From an uncultured Candidatus Binatia bacterium (lineage in GTDB: Bacteria > Desulfobacterota > Binatia > UBA9968 > JAJDTQ01), in assembly GCA_965242525.1 (NCBI GenBank), contig OZ251459.1:864001-928000 (forward strand): a stretch of DNA of 64,000 bases, in the 5' to 3' direction. The translations under genes were made by a program, and so were the position numbers. Below are positions 48,481-57,420 of this stretch, one piece after another. Position 1 is the stretch's first letter, and each line of letters starts with the position of its first letter. The notes beneath the pieces are model-generated. The model was given only the letters and a program-made list of their open reading frames with translations, was not told where the DNA came from and made no database searches.

Positions 48481-48939
48481 CTACCGGGAGTGTCCCAGAG
48501 CGGCCCGAAGGGCCACGTCGGCCGCGGGGGACGAGAAGCCCTCGGCCCGGAGCGCGGCCGCGGCCACCTCCTCGTCTTCCTGGGGCGCTGCGCCGCTCAC
48601 TCCGATGCCGCCCACCACTCGGTCACCCATCCAGACGGGCAGGCCGCCTTGGCCGATGGCGATGCGGCCGCCGTGCACCACCTGGACGCCGGTGTAGAAC
48701 ACCGGCTTGGGGTTGGCCTTCTCTTCCAGCACCGCGGTGCTCTGGCGGAAGGCCGCGGCGGTGTAGGCCTTGGCCCGGGCGATGTCCGGGGCCACGAACT
48801 TGGTCCCGTCCATGCGCCCCGCCCACAGGAAGTTGCCGCTTGCGTCCACCACCGTGACCGCCACCAGGTAACCCTTTTCCTCCGCGGCGCGAACGCCCGC
48901 GTCCACCAGCGCCCGCGCCTGTTCCATTCCAAAGCTCAA
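48481..48939 (-). CDS. GlcG/HbpS family heme-binding protein
   Basis: VVDASG, AKAYTA, GGLP and GGIGVSG..ED motifs. Confidence 0.88.
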   Translation of the reverse strand: MSFGMEQARALVDAGVRAAEEKGYLVAVTVVDASGNFLWAGRMDGTKFVAPDIARAKAYTAAAFRQSTAVLEEKANPKPVFYTGVQVVHGGRIAIGQGGLPVWMGDRVVGGIGVSGAAPQEDEEVAAAALRAEGFSSPAADVALRAALGHSR

Positions 48940-49247
48940 AGTCGGTCTCCTCTCTCCGTTTCACCGGTCCCGGACCCGGGACCGTCCTCGAGTCCGCGGC
49001 CCGTCCTCATCCACCTTGCCAGCGGCGGGCGGGGAACGGGTATCTCCGCCCCCGCGGCGAAGAGCTCGCGCACCATCCGCCCGCGGTTCCGGTCCAGCTC
49101 GGCCAAGGCCTCTTCCAGCGAGAGTCCCTCGCCGAAACATCCGGGCAGTTCCGGGTGCGCCGCGCGCCGCCGCCAGCGGCCGTCCGCGCCCCGCACCGGG
49201 GCCACGCACAGCACGTAGGGGACGGCCAAGTGTTCTTCGAGCGTCAT
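48936..49247 (-). CDS. HicB-like (RNase H-fold) small protein
   Basis: MTLEEHLAVPY...HPELPGC.GEG.SLEEAL...IPVP; overlaps both neighbours by 4 nt. Confidence 0.7.
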   Translation of the reverse strand: MTLEEHLAVPYVLCVAPVRGADGRWRRRAAHPELPGCFGEGLSLEEALAELDRNRGRMVRELFAAGAEIPVPRPPLARWMRTGRGLEDGPGSGTGETERGDRL

Positions 49248-50545
49248 GCGATGCAGACGCGGTCCCGGACCGCCTCCACCCACGCCGTGTCCTGGGGCAA
49301 CCGGACCGAGGCGGCGCGGACGTGGTGGAGCTTCGGGTCCCGTCCGGGCGGGTCGCATTGCTCCGACCGCAGCGTCCTGGCCGAGTCGATGAGACAGCGG
49401 CGCACCCGCACGATGGCGGTGTCGCTGGTGCCCAGCCGTTCCCGGGTGCGGTCGTAGATGGGCCCCTGGCTCTCGGTCATGGCGCGGTCCTGCATGCCGA
49501 AGCCGGGTATGCCGCAGAACATGCGGTCGCGGTGCGCCTCCCAGTCCATGCCGTAGTCCCCGGCCGGTCCCTCCGCGGGCCGGATGTCTCCGTAAGGCCC
49601 GTTGGCGGGCGGCCCGTAGGCGGTGATGTGGGCGCTCATGCCCGCGTTCAACGCCGCCACTTCCTCCTCCTTCAACGGCCGCGTCGGGTGCCACGTGATG
49701 GTCCAGTTGACCAAGTGCTCGTCGTCCGCGGGAACCCAGGCGTGGGAATGCAGGATCGGGTCTTCGTCCTGGGGCGGCGGCATGGTGTAGAACGGCATGA
49801 TGAACTGGGTGATGCGCCAGTAGTAACGGTCGCCGCCGATGTTGCGCCGGGCCCCGATCATGACCCCGTAGTCCGTGTCCACCACCTCGAACCGGGGGCT
49901 GCGGTCCGACGTCTCCACCGCGCTCCCCACCCCGAACCCCGCCTTCTCGATGCTCTCCAGGGACGCCCGGTCCGCGCTGTCCAGGGGCGCGTGCAGGAAC
50001 GAGATATGGCTCGAATCGATGCCGCCTTCCATGGCCTGGAAGTAGTTGCTGTGCTGGTAGTACTTGGAGATGAACCGCTGGTTTTCGGGCAGCCCCAACC
50101 ACTCGAAGTCGGGCAGATCGGTGAGGTGGGCGGGGTCGCCCATGAACGCCCAGACCACCCCGCCGCGCTCGCGGCAGGGGTAGGCGCGGTGGCGCACGGT
50201 GTGCTTGAAGTCGGTTTCCGGGGCCTCGTTGGGCATCTCCAGGCACCGGCCGTCCAGTCCGTACTTCCAGCCGTGGTAGCAGCAGCGCAGGCCGTCGTCC
50301 TCCACCCGGCCGAAATAGAGGGACACGCGCCGATGCGAGCAGAACTCGTCCAGCAGGCCCGGTTCGCCCCGGACGGTCCGGAAGGCCACCATGCTCTCGC
50401 CCAGCAACCGCACCCGCTTGGTCCGGCCTCCCGCGGGGAGCTCGCCGGAAAGCACCACCGGCGCCCAGTACCGGCGCATCAGGTCGCCCATGAGTGTCCC
50501 GGGACCGACCCGGGTCAGGATGTCGTTGTCCTCTCTGCTCAACAT
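49244..50545 (-). CDS. Rieske non-heme iron oxygenase, phthalate 4,5-dioxygenase/LigX-like
   Basis: LTRVGPGT, CSHR..CCYHGW and EGGIDSSHISFLH motifs. Confidence 0.9.
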   Translation of the reverse strand: MLSREDNDILTRVGPGTLMGDLMRRYWAPVVLSGELPAGGRTKRVRLLGESMVAFRTVRGEPGLLDEFCSHRRVSLYFGRVEDDGLRCCYHGWKYGLDGRCLEMPNEAPETDFKHTVRHRAYPCRERGGVVWAFMGDPAHLTDLPDFEWLGLPENQRFISKYYQHSNYFQAMEGGIDSSHISFLHAPLDSADRASLESIEKAGFGVGSAVETSDRSPRFEVVDTDYGVMIGARRNIGGDRYYWRITQFIMPFYTMPPPQDEDPILHSHAWVPADDEHLVNWTITWHPTRPLKEEEVAALNAGMSAHITAYGPPANGPYGDIRPAEGPAGDYGMDWEAHRDRMFCGIPGFGMQDRAMTESQGPIYDRTRERLGTSDTAIVRVRRCLIDSARTLRSEQCDPPGRDPKLHHVRAASVRLPQDTAWVEAVRDRVCIA

Positions 50546-50729
50546 GCTGCGTCCTCGGCTGGCGTCCTCGCGCCCCGCGGCAAGGCGTCCCGTATGACTA
50601 CAATCGCGTTCGGGTTTGTGTCAAGTTTCAGGGGTCGTCCCGTGGTGCTCCGAGGCATCGGTCCGACGGTTCCAGGCCGGTAACGCTAAGCACATCCACA
50701 TGAGATCGCGCAAGAAGGAGAGGCTCGGT

Positions 50730-51242
50730 ATGGACGCCGGTTTCTGGTTCATGTTCGCGGCCACCGTCGTTTGCGGTGTCTTCGTGCTCCATCACCACGG
50801 CGCGCAGAGGGCGCTGGACGGTCTTTCGAGCGGCGGCCACCTGCTGATGGCGACCCTGCCGAAGATGGTGTTCGCCTTCGCCGTGGCCGGGTTGATCCAG
50901 GTCCTGGTCCCCGCGGACCTCATATCCCAGTGGATCGGCGAAGGCTCCGGCGTGCGCGGGCTCCTCATCGGCACCGCCGCGGGCACGTTCACTCCGGGCG
51001 GTCCCTTCATGCACTTTCCCATCGTCGCCTCGTTGCTCAACTCCGGGGCCGGCGCCGGCCCCATCATCGCCTACCTGACGGCGTGGTCCCTGCTGGGGCT
51101 CCACCGGTTCATCATCTGGGAGGTCCCGCTGCTGGGTTTCGAGATCTCGGTGGTGCGTTTCACGGTGAGTCTCGTGCTGCCGCCGTTGGTGGGCCTCGTG
51201 GGAGGCTACGTCTTCCATCACCTGCCGGGCAAGATCGCCTGA
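50730..51242 (+). CDS. small permease (ArsP/DUF318-like half)
   Basis: Hydrophobic; WIGEGSG.RG, TPGGPF and AYLTAWSL motifs. Confidence 0.7.
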   Translation: MDAGFWFMFAATVVCGVFVLHHHGAQRALDGLSSGGHLLMATLPKMVFAFAVAGLIQVLVPADLISQWIGEGSGVRGLLIGTAAGTFTPGGPFMHFPIVASLLNSGAGAGPIIAYLTAWSLLGLHRFIIWEVPLLGFEISVVRFTVSLVLPPLVGLVGGYVFHHLPGKIA

Positions 51243-51319
51243 GGCGCCGCGCTCCCGGCGTCCCCGCGTCCCGCGAGAGGGAAGGGCAGGGAAGGGGGTC
51301 GGCAGGCAGCGGCGGACCG

Positions 51320-52909
51320 TCAGCCCTTGACCAAGTCGATCTCCCAGGAGAGGTACTGTTCCATGTCCTCTCGGGTCTTCCCCAACGCGCCGCTCCACAC
51401 GCTGTGGCCGAAGTCGGCCTGGGCATACTCGGTGGAGACGCCGGTCCCCTCCAGGCCGTCCTCCAGCACAAGCCCCCTGCCTTCCCACGAGCCGGTCCCG
51501 CCTTCGAGCACCCGGACGCCGGTGTATCCCAGTTGCCGCAGGGTGTCCGCGGCGAGTGTAGAACGGACGCCGTCGTCGCACACCACCGCCAGCGGCGCGC
51601 TCCTTTCCGGCGCCATGCTCCGGACGTCCAGCTCCAGGTGGCCCCGGGGCAGCCAGCGGGCGCCCGGAACGTGGGCGAAGCCGTATTCGCCGACGCTGCG
51701 CACGTCCAGGGCCGGGGACCCGGACGCCAGGTGGGCCGCGAGCGCCGGGGCGTCCATGAAGGCCGCGTTCCTGCGCGCTTCCTCCAGCCCGAAGACGGAC
51801 GGCTCGGGGACCCCTTCCTCCACCGCGCCGCCGGCGTCGATCCATCCCCGGAGGCCGCGGTCGAGGACCGCCACGTCCCGGAAGCCCAGGCGCTGCAGCA
51901 GCGAGGCCGCCCACACCGGCCGGACGTCGTCGTCCGAGACCACGATGACCGGCGCAGAGCGGACCGCCAGGAAGTTCTCGTGGGCGAGGGCCATCTGCCC
52001 CAGGGGCAGGGAGACGGACCCCGGTATGCGGCCCGCGGCGTATTCCTCGGGCAGCCGCACGTCCAGCAGGTAGAACGCCCGGTGGGACTCGTACAGGGGG
52101 AGGAAGGCGTCCCGGGAGCAGCTACGGATGCGCTCGCTTGCCGCCAGCGCTTCGGTGGCGCGCCGGACCCGGGCGGAAGCGGCTTCCGACCGCGCCCCCG
52201 GGAGGTTCCTGCCCTCGCCCGACGCGATCTCGTGGCCGGCCAGGAACCAGCCCATGACGCCGTTCTCCAGCGCATACACGTTCTCGAAGCCGTTCTCGCG
52301 CAGCATCTGCGCCCCGAGTATGCCCCGGGTTCGGCCCGCGCAGCTCACCACCAGGGTCGTGTCCCCGGCCAGCGGCAGCCGGGGCGCGTCCAGCGGCAGG
52401 TTGCCTCCGGGGATGTGGTAGGTGTCGGGCACGTGGCCCCGCAGGTACTCCTCCCGGGAGCGCACGTCCACCACCACCACCTTCCCGTGGGCCTTGCGCC
52501 GTTGGGCCAGCTCCCGCGCGCTCATGTGCGCGACCGCGCCGGCGTGGGCCACGCGCTCGCCGTACTCCTTGCCGTGCACCCCCCAGCCCGAGCGCACCGG
52601 CAGCCCTTGCCTCCGCCATTCGTCGATGCCGCCGGCCAGGGTCCTCACGTCCGTGTAGCCCATGCGCTCCAGGGTCCGGGCGGCCAGCCCGCTGCGGCGT
52701 CCGTCGTCGCAGCAGACCACCACGGGGAGGCGCGGGTCGGGGACCATCACCGGCGCTCGGTATTCCAGCGCCCCCCGGTTCACCGGGCTGGCGCGATGGA
52801 TCTGCGCCGCGGCGAACTCGCCCCGCTCGCGCACGTCGAGGCAGGCGTGGGCTGTGTCCGAGGCCAACAGGGCCTGCGTGGCCTTGGTGTCCATGGAAGG
52901 GGTGCTCAA
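51320..52909 (-). CDS. four-domain rhodanese/sulfurtransferase
   Basis: Repeated DVR..E motifs, SCAGRTR active loop, LENGVMGW and QYLSWE; TTG start with RBS (alternative ATG at 52894). Confidence 0.87.
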   Translation of the reverse strand: MSTPSMDTKATQALLASDTAHACLDVRERGEFAAAQIHRASPVNRGALEYRAPVMVPDPRLPVVVCCDDGRRSGLAARTLERMGYTDVRTLAGGIDEWRRQGLPVRSGWGVHGKEYGERVAHAGAVAHMSARELAQRRKAHGKVVVVDVRSREEYLRGHVPDTYHIPGGNLPLDAPRLPLAGDTTLVVSCAGRTRGILGAQMLRENGFENVYALENGVMGWFLAGHEIASGEGRNLPGARSEAASARVRRATEALAASERIRSCSRDAFLPLYESHRAFYLLDVRLPEEYAAGRIPGSVSLPLGQMALAHENFLAVRSAPVIVVSDDDVRPVWAASLLQRLGFRDVAVLDRGLRGWIDAGGAVEEGVPEPSVFGLEEARRNAAFMDAPALAAHLASGSPALDVRSVGEYGFAHVPGARWLPRGHLELDVRSMAPERSAPLAVVCDDGVRSTLAADTLRQLGYTGVRVLEGGTGSWEGRGLVLEDGLEGTGVSTEYAQADFGHSVWSGALGKTREDMEQYLSWEIDLVKG

Positions 52910-53196
52910 GTCCGTCTCCCTGCTCGGAGGATTGGCTCGGCGCGAGGCGAACGGCGCGTCCCAACGACGCCTAGCCACCGGGCGAGACAGTCCACCGTGT
53001 AACAGATCGGCCCCGGCGATGCGAGGAGCGGCCCCCGCCGGATCCGTGGCGGGAGGGGTTGACGGGGCCGTGGAACGGGCGCGTGGAAGGGGCGGCGCCG
53101 CGGGACCGGGTGTTCCGCGGCGGTTTGCGCCCGCTCCCCGGTTCCCATAGATTGTCGGGGGGTACGATCTCCGCAACGCGCAGGGAAGGGAAGACG

Positions 53197-54351
53197 ATGA
53201 TCAAGGCATGGGATGCGGACGGACACGTGTCGGAGTCCGAGGTCACTTTTTCCGACCGGTACTGGGACGCCGGCCCGGGGGTCCAAAGGCCCGAGGTCAT
53301 CGACATGGGCCCGGACCGGGCCCTGCGCTGGTTGATCGACACCCGTGCGTTCCCGGTGCGCACCGGTCCCTACCAGCAGGCGGGCTTCCCGTTGAGCAAG
53401 GACGGGCGGGCGGCCCGGGTGACCCCCGGCATCCACGCCGCGGACCCGGTGGAGAGCGCGGAGCTCCGCACGGTGGCCGCGCGCCTCGACCAGTTGGACC
53501 GGGAGAACACGCAGGTGCAGGTGATCTACCCCACCATGTTCCTCTCCTATCCCATCACCTTCGACCGGGCCCTGTCCGTGGCCATGATGCGCGCCTACAA
53601 CAACTGGGTCGCGGACATGACCGCCCAGGCCCCGGACCGGCTGAAGTGGGTGACCATCATCGACCCCATCGATCCCGGGGCGTCCGCCATGGAGGTCCGA
53701 CGGACCCGCGACATGGGCTCGGTGGGGGTCATGATGCTGGGCATGACCGGCCGCCACCGGGTGGACGACGAAGCCCTGGATCCCGTGTGGCGGGCGGCCG
53801 CGGACGCGGGACTCCCGGTGGCGGTGCACACGGGGCACAGCTTCCGGGCCCTGGGCGAGGTCTGCGACACGCACCACGACAAGACCAGCATGGCCTTCTG
53901 GCTCACGGTGCAGTTCGCGTTCCAGCGAGTGGTCTCCAAGGGCGTCGCCGACCGTTACCCGGACCTGCGCATCGCCTTCCTCGAAGCCGGCTGTTCCTGG
54001 GTGCCCGCGGTGGTGGAGCGGGTGTCGGAGTACAGCGGCCTCGACGGGGCGCGGGCGGGAGCGGACTTCAACCGGGGCTACCTGGCCAGGCACAGGCCGG
54101 AGGAATACATCCGCCGGGGCCAGATCTACTTCGGGTTCGAGGTGGACGAGCGGCTGTTGCCCTTCGCCATCGAGGAGTTCGGCGACGAGTGCTGGCTCTA
54201 CGGGTCGGACATCCCCCACGCGGACCGGCTGGTGGACTCGGTGGGCGTCTTCCTGGACCGCGGCGACATGGGCGAGGAGACCAAGCGGAAGCTCCTGGTG
54301 GATAACGCGGCGCGCTTCTACGGCCTGGACCCGGACACCGGGATGCGGTGA
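53197..54351 (+). CDS. amidohydrolase_2 family protein
   Basis: DADGHV, AVHTG, FLEAGCSW, GSDIPH and NAARFY motifs. Confidence 0.88.
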   Translation: MIKAWDADGHVSESEVTFSDRYWDAGPGVQRPEVIDMGPDRALRWLIDTRAFPVRTGPYQQAGFPLSKDGRAARVTPGIHAADPVESAELRTVAARLDQLDRENTQVQVIYPTMFLSYPITFDRALSVAMMRAYNNWVADMTAQAPDRLKWVTIIDPIDPGASAMEVRRTRDMGSVGVMMLGMTGRHRVDDEALDPVWRAAADAGLPVAVHTGHSFRALGEVCDTHHDKTSMAFWLTVQFAFQRVVSKGVADRYPDLRIAFLEAGCSWVPAVVERVSEYSGLDGARAGADFNRGYLARHRPEEYIRRGQIYFGFEVDERLLPFAIEEFGDECWLYGSDIPHADRLVDSVGVFLDRGDMGEETKRKLLVDNAARFYGLDPDTGMR

Positions 54352-54466
54352 GCGCAGGGGAAGGGGGCGTCGGGCGCCCGCGGGGTGGTTGCCGGGCGTG
54401 CTCCGTCCATGACGTCCGCGTTCCTGGCCCCGGGGCGGAACGGGGCCATGCGGGACGTGCTTCGCC

Positions 54467-55642
54467 TCACGCGGGCGCTGGCCCGTCCCGCACCACCGCG
54501 CCGGCCGTGGTGGCCACGCACGCAGCCTTCTCCGGGTCCCGGATGACCCCCTTTGGGTCCTTTCCCGCCCTCACGTCGTCGATGGCGGTCTTCAGTATCC
54601 TTCGGAACAGCAGCACGCCTTCGTCCGAGCTCACGTGGTGCTCCAGGGCGTGGGCCACGATCTCCCCCTGGCCCTCCTGGGCCTCCTTGTCGTCGGGATA
54701 GCGCTGGCTGTACTCGTAGTCCCGGGGTCCCCGGCCCGCGGGGGCAAGGCTTTCGCGGCCGGTGGGGACCGAGGGGTCGGCGCCCTCGGGCAGCCAGCGG
54801 ATGGTGGCCCCCAACTGGTGCGTGTCGTCCACCGGCACGCAGAACGACACCGACCGGACCTTTTCGGTCACGGGCTCGTCCGTATAGGTCAGGTGGACGT
54901 TCAAGGGCATGATGTTCTCCCAGATCACGTCCGCCCAGCGTCCGTCGTCGAGCTTGCGGGTCATGACGAAGCGGATGCCCATGTGGGTCTCCTCGTACAC
55001 CAGCCGTTCCGGCAGCGTCGCGTGCGCCTGGGTGGGGAACTGGGGTCCGCTGTGGACCGTGTGCAGCCACACCGCATGGAGCGCGTCCATGAGGTTCTCC
55101 TCGCTCTGGAGCCAGTTGCAGTCCATGGCCCCACCCACCCGGGGGCCGAAGCGCGCCGCCAACCGGCCGCCTTCGGCCAGGAGCACGTCGTAGCGGGGCA
55201 GCAGCGGCATCTTCTCCAACGGCCCCATGTAGGCGAACACCAGCCCGCCGAACTCCTGGACGGGATACGCGGGATGCAGCAGGTGGTCCTTGACCGTGCT
55301 GTCCCGCGGCTCCAGCGGCATGTCGAGGATGCGCCCCTCCACGTCGTAGAGCCAGCCGTGGTAGCAGCAGCGCAGTCCGCCGCGCTCCACCCGCCCGTAC
55401 TCCAGGGACGTGCCCCGATGGCTGCAACGAAAGAACAGGAGCCCCGGGCGGCTTCCCCCGTCCCGGAAGGCCACCAGGTCCTCGCCGAGTATGCGGATGC
55501 GCCTGGGCAGGTCGGCGAGGTCGGCCGACTTGCACACCGGCTGCCAGTACCGCCGCATGAGCTCGCCGCACGGGGTGCCCGGCCCCACCCGGGTGAGCTC
55601 GGAGTCGATCTCCGGAATCTTCAGACCGTAGGCGCTCCTCAT
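54467..55642 (-). CDS. Rieske non-heme iron oxygenase (phthalate dioxygenase-like)
   Basis: CSHRG..CCYHGW and ENLMDALHAVWLH motifs. Confidence 0.9.
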   Translation of the reverse strand: MRSAYGLKIPEIDSELTRVGPGTPCGELMRRYWQPVCKSADLADLPRRIRILGEDLVAFRDGGSRPGLLFFRCSHRGTSLEYGRVERGGLRCCYHGWLYDVEGRILDMPLEPRDSTVKDHLLHPAYPVQEFGGLVFAYMGPLEKMPLLPRYDVLLAEGGRLAARFGPRVGGAMDCNWLQSEENLMDALHAVWLHTVHSGPQFPTQAHATLPERLVYEETHMGIRFVMTRKLDDGRWADVIWENIMPLNVHLTYTDEPVTEKVRSVSFCVPVDDTHQLGATIRWLPEGADPSVPTGRESLAPAGRGPRDYEYSQRYPDDKEAQEGQGEIVAHALEHHVSSDEGVLLFRRILKTAIDDVRAGKDPKGVIRDPEKAACVATTAGAVVRDGPAPA

Positions 55643-55846
55643 GAGGGTCCTCCTGGCGTCGCGAGCCTCGAACGGGGTTGGACATGTCGCGAACCTCGAA
55701 CGGGATAGAGGATCGGCCGCCGCCTTTCAACACCGCGGCGACCCCATTACCGATACTTTCCGTAAACTATCTTGTCGGTTTGTACCCCCTCCCTGATCCT
55801 CCCTCTCGGGAGGGGAGCGAATCGGATCACGTAGCGTAGGGAAGAA

Positions 55847-55890
55847 CCCCGTTCGTCCTGAGCGTAGCGAAGCGAAGTCGAAGGACGTGC
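55847..55890 (+). repeat. REP-like family A copy
   Basis: Nearly identical to 12644-12687. Confidence 0.85.
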
Positions 55891-55892
55891 TT

Positions 55893-56941
55893 TCAGTCTG
55901 TGGTTGCAAGGATGGCGGCGATGCGGCGGGCGGCATCGGTGAAGCGCCGGACTTCCTCCGGGCGCAGCGGGCGGTCGAGGATGTCGCGTTCGCGGTAGGA
56001 GAGCCATTTCTTGAGGACCTGGTAGCCTCCGAGCTTGTAGTTCCAGACCGCGGCGGGGACGTTGCGCCAGAAGGCGTGGTCGTTCAAGTAGATGTCGAAG
56101 GTGGTCTTGCCGAGGGCGGGGAGCGCGGTGCTCGGGGCGGTGCGTTCGTCCGGGGCGAAGGCGCGTTCGACGATCCGGCCTTGGCCGGGCATGACCGCGC
56201 CGCCCGCTCCGACGTGGCCCCAGCCCGCGGTGAGGGCGAAGGCGTTGTCGGTCATCATGTTGCGTCCGTCCGCGGTGGCGGGAACGGCGATGGCGGCGAA
56301 CTCCGGGCGCAACGGGCCCGTGGTGACGCCGGAGACCGGCGTATCAGGGTCGAGCAGGGCCGCGAGTCCACGGCCCCGGGCGGCCGATCGGGCGAGGGCG
56401 TCAGCCGCTTCGGTGGTCTCCCTGTCCGGGGATGCGAAACCTCCTTCGGATGCGGGCGGGACGCCCGCGTTCCCGGGAAAGTCGCATTCCCCGGCTGGCT
56501 CACGGCCCTCATAAGCGGGGGACCCCCCTGGGAGCGCGGGCGTCCCGCCCGCAGGGGTGGGGCGGCAAGGCAGATCGAGTGGAAGCCGAGGAGACTCCTG
56601 CGGTCCCGGGAGCGGGCCAGCCGGGGAGCGGGATGCGCGGCCATTTCCGCGGCCTTCACTTCCACTACACCGCGCTCCGGCGTCTGGCCCTCGCGCGGTT
56701 GGCCCTTCTGGACCTGCTTTGCCGCGTAGAGGCCGAAGTCGGGATGGCCTGCGCCTTGGTCGGCAAGCTCCTGGACACAGAACACCCTGGGTTTGAGGGC
56801 CGCGCCCGCGGCATTCAGCAGGTTCGCCAGCGGCCTGTAGCTGGACCGCTCCCCGGTGGCCCCGCCCGAGGCATGCGCCCGCCCCAGGTCGGCAAAATAG
56901 GTCTCCACCGCTGCGGTCAGCTTTTGGTCCGTTGCCGCCAT
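55893..56941 (-). pseudogene. internally deleted Type ISP/IIG restriction-modification gene remnant
   Basis: N-terminal GHPDFGL..GVVEVK and C-terminal WNYKLGGYQVLKKWLSYRE segments lie in different frames; the central MTase domain is absent and replaced by palindromic repeats. Confidence 0.75.
56451..56553. repeat. inverted pair of REP-like family C (TGCGGGCGGGACGCCCGCG(C/T)TCCC)
   Basis: 56451-56477 and 56527-56553 are inverted copies. Confidence 0.8.
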
Positions 56942-57022
56942 CTCCTACTTTGTTGCCGAGCGCGGCCTGACATGCAAGCACTGCACATGCCCGCGCCCTC
57001 TCCCGACCCTCTTCCGAGGGGA

Positions 57023-57066
57023 GCGCGTCCTTCGACTTCGCTACGCTACGCTCAGGACGAACGGGG
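57023..57066 (-). repeat. REP-like family A copy, inverted
   Basis: Reverse complement of 55847-55890. Confidence 0.85.
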
Positions 57067-57130
57067 TGGGATCCCATTGAACTCTCCCGCCCTTCACGGG
57101 AATCAACGGGGTGGTCACGTGTAAAATCTC

Positions 57131-57225
57131 TGGATTCCCGCTTTCGCGGGAATGACGGAGTAGGGCGTCTGCGGAATGGCGGGGTAGGGCGTCTGTGGGA
57201 ATGACGGGGGTAGGCAGCTATGGGA
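57131..57225 (-). repeat. REP family B copy followed by three degenerate ~24-25-bp tandem units
   Basis: TGGATTCCCGCTTTCGCGGGAATGAC, then units resembling GAATGACGGAGTAGGGCGTCTGCG. Confidence 0.7.
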
Positions 57226-57347
57226 AAGACGGGTGGGCGTCGGAAGCACGAACTCCGGGAAGAAGTTCGGTTCCCTTGATGGAGAAGGAGACGCTACACC
57301 CATGAAACCCTGCCCACACGAAAGCCGGAAGACCCCGGAATCACGCT

Positions 57348-57415
57348 CTCCCTTCAGTGGCATCGTGCATTGCACGATTCTCTCCCTTCAGCGGCATCCT
57401 GCATTGGACGATTCT
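57348..57415. mobile_element. terminus of a related IS (two 34-bp tandem units)
   Basis: CTCCCTTCAG(T/C)GGCATC(G/C)TGCATTG(C/G)ACGATTCT twice, ending in the same ATTCT-CGCGT as the IS right end. Confidence 0.6.
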
Positions 57416-57420
57416 CGCGT

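Noticed and set aside
57131-57415. Possible CRISPR array (short tandem repeats)
   Set aside because: Only 2-3 abutting degenerate units without unique spacers, and no cas genes. Better explained as REP-derived repeats and IS ends.
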